From Takakia lepidozioides (lineage: Eukaryota > Plantae > Bryophyta), in the NCBI GenBank assembly GCA_030704615.1, contig CM060731.1:47926001-47990000 (forward strand): a stretch of 64,000 nt of DNA, read 5' to 3'. This document shows, in pieces, positions 1 through 10,204 of the stretch (position 1 is the first letter of the stretch; each line of letters opens with the position of its first letter). The position numbers were made by a program, and so were the translations under genes. The notes below the pieces were generated by a model. It was not told where the DNA came from, did no database searches, and saw nothing but the letters and a program-made list of their open reading frames with translations.

Positions 1-4
1 AAAT

Positions 5-1050
5 TTGCTCAAAGGAGATTCTGAGAATGTCACCTTCACTGTCAACGGCAATGTCTACAAGAGGTATTACCTCTTAGCAGATGGTATATATCCCTCTTGG
101 TCCATTTTTGTGCAGACAATTTATGAGCCCACGGGAGGTCACTACATGATCATATCACGTGCGTACAAAGGTACATTTATACTAGGCTATATTTTTAAAA
201 TTTTGCATTTTTTTCCACCCTATCTTTAGGTAATATTGTAAAACCCATTATTTTCTAACACCCTATTTTTATTTATAATTTTCTTTTGCAACAATTAATT
301 AGATTCTATTTTAAATTGTCTTTTTTAGTAATTACAAAATTTCAAAGCATGTACACAAACAAGTATATTCCACATAACATAAGTCAAATGCCAGACCGAG
401 GAAAAAGTTTAATTTTCATTAGCCACGAACTCATTCAAAGCCGCAGCATCACTTGGATCTAAAGAATACAAGTTTTGAGATGGTTCAAATGTCATAGTCA
501 CTGTTGAGATTATGGTATCAACATCAATCCACTCTATATCACTGGAATCATATTTAAACTTCAGGTGAGCTCTACCTGATTTCATCATGATGGATTGGAG
601 CTGGATAAAATATAGGAAATTTCACAAGGATGGATACATTATACTGTAGATAAAATCCTGTATTACATTAACTTTTTAAATAAAACTCTGGATTTTTTGT
701 GACCTTTTAAAAAAAAAACCTGGATGAAATGATATTGCCTTACCGTAATTTTTTTTTAAATTTACCTCAAAAAAATAAATTGCACCCTATATTTGTTTTC
801 ACGTGGTTTTGAAAATACGGGGAGTGACCCCCCCAAGCATAAGCCTCAAGACCAGAAGAGGGCGCATTTTGCGATGATGCAGGAGTCAGTGAGAAATGAC
901 GTCGAGAGAGCTTTTGGTGTACTACAGAGCAGGTTTTCAATCATACAAAACCCTTCAAGACAGCGGGACATATACCCTATCAAATCTATCATGTTAGCAT
1001 GTGTCATACTTCATAATATGATAATAGATGATGATGCCACAATGTTTTGA
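5..1050 (+). pseudogene. PIF/Harbinger-type DDE transposase remnant, split by an insertion
   Basis: 5-132 reads FTVNGNVYKRYYLLADGIYPSWSIFVQTI; 841-1050 continues QESVRNDVERAFGVLQSRFSII...IMLACVILHNMII. These are typical Harbinger nuclease (HARBI1-like) motifs. Confidence 0.85.
133..833. mobile_element. Possible non-autonomous DNA element (MITE-like) inserted in the Harbinger transposase
   Basis: Left end GGGAGGTCACT...CACGTG and right end CACGTG...AGTGACCCCCCC form imperfect inverted termini. The block interrupts the transposase frame. No clean TSD seen. Confidence 0.45.
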
Positions 1051-1129
1051 TTGTACTCTATCAATAAAGTGTGTTACTTCATGTGCTTGACATGCATAAA
1101 GGATTCGGTTATAAATTATAGGATGCCAA

Positions 1130-1922
1130 GTGGAATATTTTACGTTTTGTGAGGCATATTCACAAATTGGGGGCATAACTTTATGCCAACAAATGAGAAT
1201 GGAATCTAAGAGGGCTTCCTCACATGCCTAGTAAAGCCCCCCACCTACTGCAGCCTTGAGTTTGCACCAAAAACATCTCAAAGTCTGATTTGTATGATGC
1301 TAAGAGTCAATTTCTAGGTTTGGAACACATCTTCACAAATTGGGCCATACAAATGGGAATGGCATGTGGGAGGGCTTTACACATCGGTAGTGAGGGCCCC
1401 CACCTATTGCAGCCCTCAATTTGCACCAAAAACATCATGAAGATTGAATTCTATGATGCTAAGACTCATTTTCTAGGTTTTGGAACAGATATTCACAAAT
1501 TAGGGCATATCTTCATGCCAACAAATGAGAATGGCCTGTGGGAGGGCTCTATACATTGGTAGTGAGGCCCCCCACCTACTGCAGCCCTTAGTTTTTACCA
1601 AAAACATCTCAAACGTGGAATTGTATGATGCTAAGATTCATTTTCTAAGTTTTGGAAGACATGTTCACAAATTGGGCCATATCTTCATGCCAACAAATGA
1701 GAATGGAATGTGAGAGGGCTCCATACATTTCCAGTGAAGCCCCCCATGTATTGCAGCTCTGAATTCTCACAAAGAATGTCAAATATATGGAATGATATGA
1801 TGCTAAGTTGACACATTGTGGTTTTGGAAGACATACTCACAAACTGGGGCATATGTTGATGCCAAAAAATGAGAATGGCATTGGGGAGGGCTCCACACAT
1901 TTCTAGTGTGGCCCCCCACCTA
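1130..1922. repeat. Tandem repeat, about 172-bp unit, about 5 diverged copies
   Basis: The motif CACAAATTGGG...CCAACAAATGAGAATGG...GAGGGCT...CCCCCACCTA recurs at about 1161, 1334, 1494, 1666 and 1838. Confidence 0.85.
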
Positions 1923-2018
1923 TCAAGTCACACCATAAGCAAAACTAACCAATGGGTGCGACGGTAGGGCTGTCTGAGTGCCAATATGAATGAAAACACA
2001 AACAAGAAATTTCAGAAT

Positions 2019-2325
2019 TAAAAAAATGTTAGGTTCTGGAGGCCCTGATACAATCGTCGTAACACTTGTTAGGAATCTATGAAGCCACACTACATGCAAA
2101 TTGAACCAATTTTTTCGATAGTAGGGCTGTTTGAGTGCTAGTATGTACGAAAACACAAACAAAAAATTTTAGATGTACTTGGGGCCTGTCCACAATGTAT
2201 TAAAAAAAATGTTAGGCTTTGGAGGCCCTGATACAATCGTCATAGCAGTTGTTAGGAATCTATGAAGCCACACTGCATGCAAATTGAACCAATTTTTGCG
2301 ATGGTAAGGTTGTCTGAGTGCTAGT
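2019..2325. repeat. Direct duplication of about 120 bp
   Basis: AAAAAATGTTAGG..GGAGGCCCTGATACAATCGTC...GAACCAATTTTT..TGAGTGCTAG at about 2020-2141 and again at about 2201-2324. Confidence 0.8.
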
Positions 2326-2939
2326 CTGTCTCATTCGTACGTGTCATCCACCCTATATTCTGAATCCTCTCCTTGTGACTCATCAAGGTCTGGGCGATTG
2401 CCAGCCTCCTATCGGAATGGCGCAGGGGTGTAGAATTGATCGTCAACACGACGGGAGGAATAAATTGGTTCGCAGGTCTGAATGCCTCACTTCCGCTCTC
2501 TATTGGCTTGAAATACTCTTGGTATGGACTGAAAGAACCTTGGTTTTCTGCAATGAACAGCTGATGAAATTTGGGAGATATGTTATTGTAAATGGTGCAC
2601 ATGTTGAGTTGAGTTAAAGAACTCATGTGCTGCAAGGAGCTCTCTGAATCAGTTCAACACTAATGCAGGCACACATCTTCCCCATTCTTCCCAGCGGCAG
2701 CTACATCACTATGTGAGTTACTCTTCTCCCCTCGTTCTTTCCCCTCTCAACGTAAGGCACCATCCTCAGATTCGGAGGCTGCTCGACCAGCGCTGGTCCA
2801 GGTAGCACAACAAATCGTGATTCTTGTTAAAGCGATTGTAAGGGTCGTTGCCCCATACCCAGCCTCTCAACGAGCCAATCCATCGACAGAGGGGAAGCAG
2901 GTGCTTGCCCACATCACAAGAAGCGGACTCAAGCTACAT

Positions 2940-3515
2940 ATGTATCTACTCAACACCCCGGTGAACATGTATGTCGTGTGGCAAAGGGGCTTGAGCTCCA
3001 TGCCTGCACAAAACGTTGCTGCAACGAGCAGCGACTATCTGAAGACAGATAGCAGCACGAACTTCCAACCAGTGGCGGGCTATTGGCTTCACGAAAATTC
3101 CACCCAGCCCAATCTTGGACAGTGCGTTCGATGGCACAGTGACCCTCACAACAAATGCTGCTTGAATGTTGTACACCACACCTCCTCCAGCAGCAACCCT
3201 GGACATTCACTCGTCTCTAACAATTCCGGTGTCACCATGGAAAACGCCCTTGTCCACAGGTACAGGAAGTGTGGGAGTATGGCCCATGCTGGATTTGGAG
3301 CAGTGAGAGAAGGCCCCAAGGAACCGTGGCATGATCCAGTGTATTCTAAAATCGTAGGTCCCATTGCACTTGATGTCCCCACCAACTTTGAGCAACGTTG
3401 GAGACAAATTGCCCGTTGGCATCAAAACAAGCTTGCTCAAACTCACTGCATCTACAACCTCCACCCTGAACCAAATTCGTTATGGAGAGTTTCCATTCCC
3501 GAATACTCCACATGG
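2940..3515 (+). pseudogene. Phospholipase D gene fragment (degenerate)
   Basis: GPKEPWHDPVYSKIVGPIALDVPTNFEQRWRQ matches the plant PLD motif GPREPWHD...GP.A.DV..NFEQRW. Upstream similarity is weak and no intact HKD motif is visible. Confidence 0.7.
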
Positions 3516-3879
3516 CATGTGTGAGCCTGGTAGCCCTGGCATGTGGGGACACTATGTGAGGCAGGGCAACTGAAAGAGGCTCTACAGATTTTGAGCGAAG
3601 GAGGCATTTCTGCAGATTCACATACTTATGTTTGTCTCTTGCATAAGTGCATCAAGATGCAAGGCCTTGAAGCTAGAAAGCATGAGCACTCTCACATTCT
3701 CCAAACTGGATTCAATCCCAACGTTTTTCTGCTCAACACGTATGTTAAATGCGGGAGTATCATGGATGCACACCAAGCCCTGAAAAAAATGCCTGAACAA
3801 GATCTGGTTATGTGGACCATAAGAATGGCAGGATTTACCACGCATGGGTGTGGTAAGAATGCTTTGGAGACATATGGGC
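3516..3879 (+). pseudogene. PLS-class PPR gene fragment, 5' part (retroelement target)
   Basis: LCEAGQLKEALQIL...TYVCLLHKC...YVKCGSIMDAHQALKKMPEQDLVMWT..MAGFTTHGCGKNALETYG; stops exactly at the retroelement left end. Confidence 0.85.
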
Positions 3880-4229
3880 TGTCAAGTTAAATAAACACAG
3901 TGTGAAACTAACTAGAATAAAGCTAGTTATTTGTATTTAACACTTGGATTTAGTTCAAGTATTAAGTCAGGTGTCAAGTTTAGTTTGACACCTGAACCGT
4001 CTTATCTTCACGAGAGCGTCAGTCATGCGGCTCATCTCTCTCGAGTTGAGCCTGCACGACCGAGCTCCTTCACCGTTCAGAACCTGAGTGTGCTTATGAA
4101 GGGAGGATAGGTTGTTGTGGGGTGGAGTCCCCATAGCTTGGGGTGCCCCTGGCTCGACTATTATTTTAAAGAGTGATGGTGTTGTGTTTTGTGTTTCTCT
4201 TATTATTTGAGTTTAGTTCTTTCTTATCA
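3880..4229 (+). repeat. Terminal repeat A1 (350 bp)
   Basis: TGTCAAG...CTTATCA; 7 substitutions versus A2 (22405-22754) by manual comparison, about 98% identity. Confidence 0.95.
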
Positions 4230-4246
4230 CTCGAGAGAGATCAGCC
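4229..4246 (+). promoter_or_regulatory. Putative self-priming primer-binding site
   Basis: ACTCGAGAGAGATCAGCC directly after A1 is the reverse complement (17/18) of GGCTCATCTCTCTCGAGT at 4029-4046 inside A1. No TGG-type tRNA PBS abuts the repeat. Confidence 0.65.
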
Positions 4247-4592
4247 TATCTAGTTTTCTAGTGCTAAGCTAGATATGATGTTTGTTTTAGCACTATTATA
4301 ATATAACTTGGTATGATACAGGTTTGTGAATAATAGCTTGCGGCGGATACTTCACTTGCAGTTACTGCTAGCGGATCTTGCTGGAGTCACGCGTTTAGTA
4401 GAGAGCTTGCTCAGGCTATTGGGGATGAATGCTGCCTGATTGATTCGTCAAGTAACGACGGGTTAGAGGTTAGCTCTTTTTCGTGCCTAGATTCTTCTGC
4501 AGCGATCCTGTCATCGTCTCAGGGCTGCCCGTGTGGAGTGGAGACGAAGGGCTTGCCGTGGGTGACTCCAAGCCGGCCTGTTTTTTGGATTG

Positions 4593-4880
4593 AAGAGGCC
4601 TGTGAGCAAGGGTATCGTTTATGGAAAGCCCAAGAATCAGGGTATTACCCAGCTCAAGTTTCAGCGAAACATGCGGTCTGTAGCTGAGGAGCGCGCTGGC
4701 CGCAAACTTGGAGGTCTTAGGGTTCTTAATTCTTATTGGATTAACCAGGATTCAACATACAAGTACTTTGAAGTGATACTGGTTGATACTGCACACTCGG
4801 TGATCCGTAAAGACCCACACATTAACTGGATTGTCAACCCTGTGCACAAGCACCGTGAGCTCCGAGGATTGACTTCAGCG
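4593..4880 (+). pseudogene. RPL15: 60S ribosomal protein L15 (eL15) internal fragment, no intron
   Basis: [65 protein letters not shown]...[12 protein letters not shown]; both ends truncated. Confidence 0.93.
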
Positions 4881-5225
4881 GTGGTGACAAAGCGGGCTGA
4901 CTGTTTGACTGTAAGAAAGATGTCGGTGATACAGCTGCCCTGTTTGCAGGCTCTTTGATGACATGGGGGGAAGGTGCCAATGGCAATATTGATGTGAAGG
5001 CAGGTCAGGTTGAGGAGCTGGTTAGAGGACCTAGCTGGTGGATTTGATGAGTTTTGGGAGAGGTGGCAGGTTGTCGACGAATTCGCCTTTGATCTATATT
5101 TTGAAATGCAGGGTACTGAAGCCGCTGCCCCACTCAACTATATGGATATGTGAGACGCAAGACTCGAGAGGGTCTTGCTCATTTGTGAGTCGTTGGTGAA
5201 CATGTACCAAGATTTCCCGGAAAGT

Positions 5226-5572
5226 GCCTGTAACCAAAAGAAGGCCAGATTCCAGCTGCTTCAGAAAGACGACACGCTTCCCCTTGAAATGTCCCGCCAG
5301 CAAAATGAGGACTGTTCCTAGAGTGATGCTTGACCGAAGACTAGGCCGGTTGACGACCTTGTTCTTGTGCAGGGGCTTGGGGACATCATCTGCGGGGTAG
5401 AACTTGGGAGCCCTTGCGGGCGCTACCTCCGCCACGGCTGCCTTGGCATGCTTGGGGAACTCGCCGCCATGCTTGGCTTTGATGGCCCACAAACCCTGCT
5501 TGTGGTAGGTCTTTGATCGGCCAAATCGGCCAACACCCCGCACCACCTCCTTGCTCGCGCAGGCTTGGCCAT
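5226..5572 (-). pseudogene. RPL6: 60S ribosomal protein L6 (eL6) N-terminal fragment
   Basis: ATG at 5572, then a frameshift, then [24 protein letters not shown]...PKFYPADDV...[38 protein letters not shown]; truncated after VTG. Confidence 0.92.
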
Positions 5573-6122
5573 CGCTGCCCTCGTCTGCGTCCGCCCTGCC
5601 TCTCTCTCTGAGCGACGGCGAGAAAGTATTTAAATACTGAAGTGAAAGTATTTAAATTCGTCCAGAAAGGTAACCCCAAAATCAGCACACAAAGTAAATG
5701 AAGGTGCCTTCGTATAACTGGTATTCACTGATCCTGACAACTATTTTGGCACGAGTTCGAGGAATTCTTAGGGAACCTGCAGTGAATCGCAAAAAACGTG
5801 GGAATAGTTTTTAATGGCGAGAACGTTCTGGTGTAAACAAAAAAACAAAAAAAAACAAAAAAAAACCTTTTTGATCTAATTTAAATGATTTAGAGCCTAA
5901 TTGGTCATATCTTTGGCAAATGAACTCCGTTTGACACAGTTTTTGAGGGGATAGCTCTAGAAAGGGGAAATCTACTTATCTAGACCTGGTTTTAGTTTTT
6001 TGGACTCTGCTAAAAATCCATGGAATTTTTTGAGTGTGAGTGTGCCATGAAAGATCCACAATTCTGTTTATAGAACCTGTTGTGGTCTACATGAGAGATA
6101 AATCTGGGGATGTACTCCTTGT

Positions 6123-6872
6123 ATGGCTGGGGGAAATGAGGACTTAATTGAAGGGCAAGTCTCTTCTCTTAGCTTGTGCACACAAGGAGACAAGATTTAT
6201 GTTTCTCAAGGGGCTCAGACTGACTTGAGTAGAGAGCAGTTGGACGAGTTGATTGCATACTGGGAGTCAGGCATTAGCAATAGACAACACACTGCTGTAG
6301 TTGGCGTTGAGGGCCTCAATATTGCCTTGGACAGTCAGAACTCTGTTGGAGCAAGTAGTTCTGCAGCTATGGGTGAAATACCAAAGTGGATGAAAGCTAG
6401 GCTTGGAACACAGCCAAAGACAGCCCCGGGGACCAAGGTGTTCAGCCATAAGGCCGTGGTGTACTGGAGCAGAGGAGCAGGAGCTACACAAGTTTGTGCA
6501 ATCAGACATGGTTGCAGCCGGACACGCTCTGCTCAAGGCAACCACGAGCGGGGGTTCATTAGCAATGACAAGTTTGTTCTGCTTGAAGGAGATGCAGTCA
6601 TTCGCAATGAGGACACCCACAACCGTCTCAAAGCTTTCGAGTTGAGAGACTGTCAGACCCTACATTTATTTTCTTTAGTATTCAGTGAGCGGGAGATAGG
6701 GGAGTATTGCTTTGTCTCTACCTGGCAGAAAGAGGAGGAGGGTTGGTTAGAGCGAGCTACTGTAGCTTGGGACAAGGTTAGTGGCAGGTTTCTGGACATA
6801 GATATACCTCCTACACCTTACCATCATTCAGAGCGAGGCACTTTGAGAGAAGTCTGGCAGTTGATAGCATAG
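6123..6872 (+). CDS. Hypothetical 249-aa protein inside the retroelement leader
   Basis: Uninterrupted ATG-initiated ORF; no family recognised. Confidence 0.4.
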   Translation: MAGGNEDLIEGQVSSLSLCTQGDKIYVSQGAQTDLSREQLDELIAYWESGISNRQHTAVVGVEGLNIALDSQNSVGASSSAAMGEIPKWMKARLGTQPKTAPGTKVFSHKAVVYWSRGAGATQVCAIRHGCSRTRSAQGNHERGFISNDKFVLLEGDAVIRNEDTHNRLKAFELRDCQTLHLFSLVFSEREIGEYCFVSTWQKEEEGWLERATVAWDKVSGRFLDIDIPPTPYHHSERGTLREVWQLIA

Positions 6873-7396
6873 ATCAGGATTAGATCTTGTTTGGTCGGGC
6901 TTCTATTCTTCCCCTCCCTCTCTTTACTATTTTCATTACTTTGTACTTGTAGTTGCCAAAGCCTCTCTTGGTGGAGGCCAGTCAGTCCGGGGTTTTGGGC
7001 TGGGATATTCTGCAGGATCAGCATTGCAGATGGATTTTGGTGTGGGGGTGTTGATGTTTTGATTTCTTGTGTTTGGATCCCCCCCAACACCTGCATGCTT
7101 GACTGTGCGCCATGTTTTTTTTTTTTTTGTGGGCGCTTGCTTTCATAGGGATTAGGCCGGATTTAATCACCGGTCAATCCTAGAGTATGCTGTCGATGAT
7201 GAGGCTGGAGTGATGACCAGCAAGACCACCAGTGTTTCTTCTATGGTGAGACTGGGTTGATGACCAGCCAACCATAGGAGTTCTTGCGGTGGATGCAGGT
7301 GCAGGTGCCCTGAGCCACTGGGATATGACCCTTAAACTGCAACAGGTGCCCACCCGTGTTACTATTAGAATTAGTACTAGAGCCTTATAATGTCAC

Positions 7397-7602
7397 GTGG
7401 GGGAGGTGCACATTGTGAGTGTCATCACGGAGTTACCCAAGGGTTTTGAGGGGAGTGCGGCCACAGGCAGTAACAGTGAGAGTGGGTTCACAAGACGAGG
7501 TATTCGGTTCAGACCACCTTCACCTCCACCCTCAACTAGTGCAGAGTCAGACACAGACTCAGAGGTTTCATCAATAGGTGTGCAGTTTCATTCGCCATTG
7601 TT
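7397..7602 (+). pseudogene. gag, 5' part (interrupted by CACTA)
   Basis: Removing 7603-17542 and one GTT joins ...VQFHSPL to LWDDMEEMYG in frame with the downstream gag. Confidence 0.7.
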
Positions 7603-8829
7603 CACTACAAGAGATGAGCGTTTTTAGGACTACGGGTTTGGCGGAGTCATAAAAACTGCACTAGGTACATGACTACAGAGCGCTGAAATGCATTACAGTT
7701 TTAGTTTTATGACTTTGTAGTAATTGATATCACTACATGACTCCGGAAAATTAGGGAGCATTGGTCAAACATTGTTGAACATGATGACAGGGATGGTTTA
7801 TATGACTAGTGTGATATGTTTGACTACACGTGGACGACGTTTCATGGAATCTTATGATTCCATGACTGAAGATGGTTTCAGAGCTCTATTTATACGACTA
7901 CATCACTACACGTGTCATTTTGAAGGCACATATAATGCAAATAAGGTTGCCCATTAGGTTTAAAAAAGTTAAAATTTTTTGCTAATAAGGTTGCCCATTA
8001 GTGTAATCGTGAACAGAAAGGAGGGCTGGGACTTGGCGTCTTTTTGTCTCCTGCGCCACACCACATAGCTGAGGGATGGAACGCGATGATAGCAGGATAT
8101 GCAGGGGCGCGGGTTGGAGGCGTTGAGCAAATGATGCACGAAGGAGAAGAGGAGGAGGAGACGAGACGAGGACAAGCGAGTTCGCCGTTCTTGGGAGAGT
8201 CAACTTGGTCTTAGCAAGCGTGTTTCAATCTCTAACTACTCATCTACGCCGTAGTGGTTCGATCTGATAGACCAATCTGACATTACCTGACTACAGACAC
8301 AAGCAGCACACACAAGAGGTCATCGGTCAAATCCTCTATGGGTCAGGACAGGTCAAGGACAATGTGGTAGGGCACCTTCTTCTTCAACCTATTTCAGCTG
8401 CATATTGAATTCTGTAAGTTAGGTCGTTGGGTACATCTGTGGTGGTTTGGAGTGACTTTGGCAAGTTATTGCCAGTGTGGCAGTAGGGAAGTATCCAAAA
8501 ACATATAATAGAGGTGAGGAGAAGCGGTGGGGTGAACACTTTCCGACCCCAATGGTGGGACAATGGAGACAAAAAGGCGAATGCCTGTTGGACTACAGAG
8601 AGAAGCAGATGCATTTCAGATTGTGATAAGTAGGGTTGGGGTGTTTTGGGGAAGAACTCCACACCAGTATGGTTGGGGTGTTTGCTGGTAGAATTGTAGG
8701 CTGTCAGAGGCATGGATAGCTGAAGGAGCAGGGATAGAGTGTGGGTCCACATTCATCCAAGAGGGCTGGATTTCAAGCTCCACATTACCTATGATTCCCT
8801 GTGGAAGGATAGGTACAAGAAACCTACAT

Positions 8830-10070
8830 GGGTAGATGGTCAACTGGAAGCGACATGCTGTACTATATGTCATTACTGTACTATATGTCATTCCAGAGAC
8901 TGTCATTGTTGGTCCATGTGTTTTACAACAATGCTATCAATATAAGACTCCTAGTTCGCATTGGAAGCTCAATCCCTGCAAGTTCATTGTGTGTGAAGCT
9001 CAAACTTACGATTTGAAGGATCTTGTAGCCAAGTTCATTCAACCGGAAAGGAGAAATTCTGAAAGCTCCCAAATTTGATGTGGGCAAGCTTATGGAGGTA
9101 AGACTTAGCTTCCCTCCTCTAATGTAAGTGTTGGATAAGTTTCATTTAGTGTCGACCTTCACTGCATATATTGGCTCTTTTCTTGGCTGGTTTCATATTT
9201 TCTTGGCTGGTATGTGTTGGTTGGCTTCTTTCATTTCACGTGTGTAGTGGAAGGGGAGAAGTACTTTCCTAAGTTCTGCTGCAACAATGTCTTTTTTCAG
9301 CCTAGATGTTTTCGATGGATACAAATTGAAGTGTTTTGAATGTTGCTGCAATACTATAATAAAGTGGAGGGTGCTTAATGCAGTTGACCTTGCTTCGTGC
9401 AGGCATAATCCAGGGAAATGTGGACATAGCTGAAACCCCTTGATAGCATTTCCAGAGGACGGTGTGGATGGCCTCACAATCCAGCATGCAAAATCCATGA
9501 CAATGTGGAGCTGGCTGAATGGGCAAACAGGTTAAGTGGCGAACAAGCCACGTCACTGGTACATAGTTGCATGCTTACATAGTACATGAAAGCGTACTAT
9601 ATGTCATTCCCAAAATTGACCATGTTGGTCCATGTATTTTACAACAATGCTATCAATAAAAGACCAATGGTTCGCATTGGAAACTAAAACCCGTAAGTGG
9701 CTGTGCGTGATGCTCAAACTTGTGATTTGAAGGATCTTATACCCCAGTTCATTGCAGAGGTCATTGGAAAAGACATTGAGAAGGCAACAACCATTATCTA
9801 TAATCTACAGATCCCCTTCAATTTCATGTGGGAAAGCCGGCTGGCTGGAGGTCTAGTCTCACTTTCACTCATCTAATGTCAGTGTTGTATCCATTGCAAT
9901 GTGGAGATGTTTGAAACAACATTGGAGCATTTCCAGAGGATGGTCTGGATGGCCTTTCGTGGCGTGTGCCGAATCCATGGCAAGAAAACATTGCAGGCAG
10001 AACCCATGGCAATGGTACCAGCACGGGTTGGTCCAAAGCCAATTGCAACAACAAATGAATAAAGGGTGCT
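8830..10070 (+). repeat. Diverged internal direct duplication within the CACTA (unit about 730 bp)
   Basis: TACTATATGTCATTCC...GGTCCATGT.TTTTACAACAATGCTATCAAT...GTTCGCATTGGAA at about 8878 and 9595; GCATTTCCAGAGGA.GGT.TGGATGGCCT at about 9446 and 9927. Confidence 0.75.
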
Positions 10071-10204
10071 GAAAGGAAAGCACTCCATAATTGATCATAA
10101 AATCCAGTGTCCAAGCATGATATCTTAATGGGAATGCGAAGGGAGTGTTACCACCTTAAACTATCATGCATGGTCTATAACTGGAGTGCACAAATCGCGC
10201 ATAT

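Noticed and set aside
4309-4320. tRNA-Met PBS-like TGGTATGATACA
   Set aside because: It lies 80 bp from the repeat end and matches TGGTATCAGAGC poorly; the self-complementary site at 4229 fits better.
7148-7183. Helitron 3' end (hairpin plus CTAG) delimiting the RPL15/RPL6 block
   Set aside because: CTAG abuts the stem and is followed by A rather than T, and no matching 5' TC end was identified.
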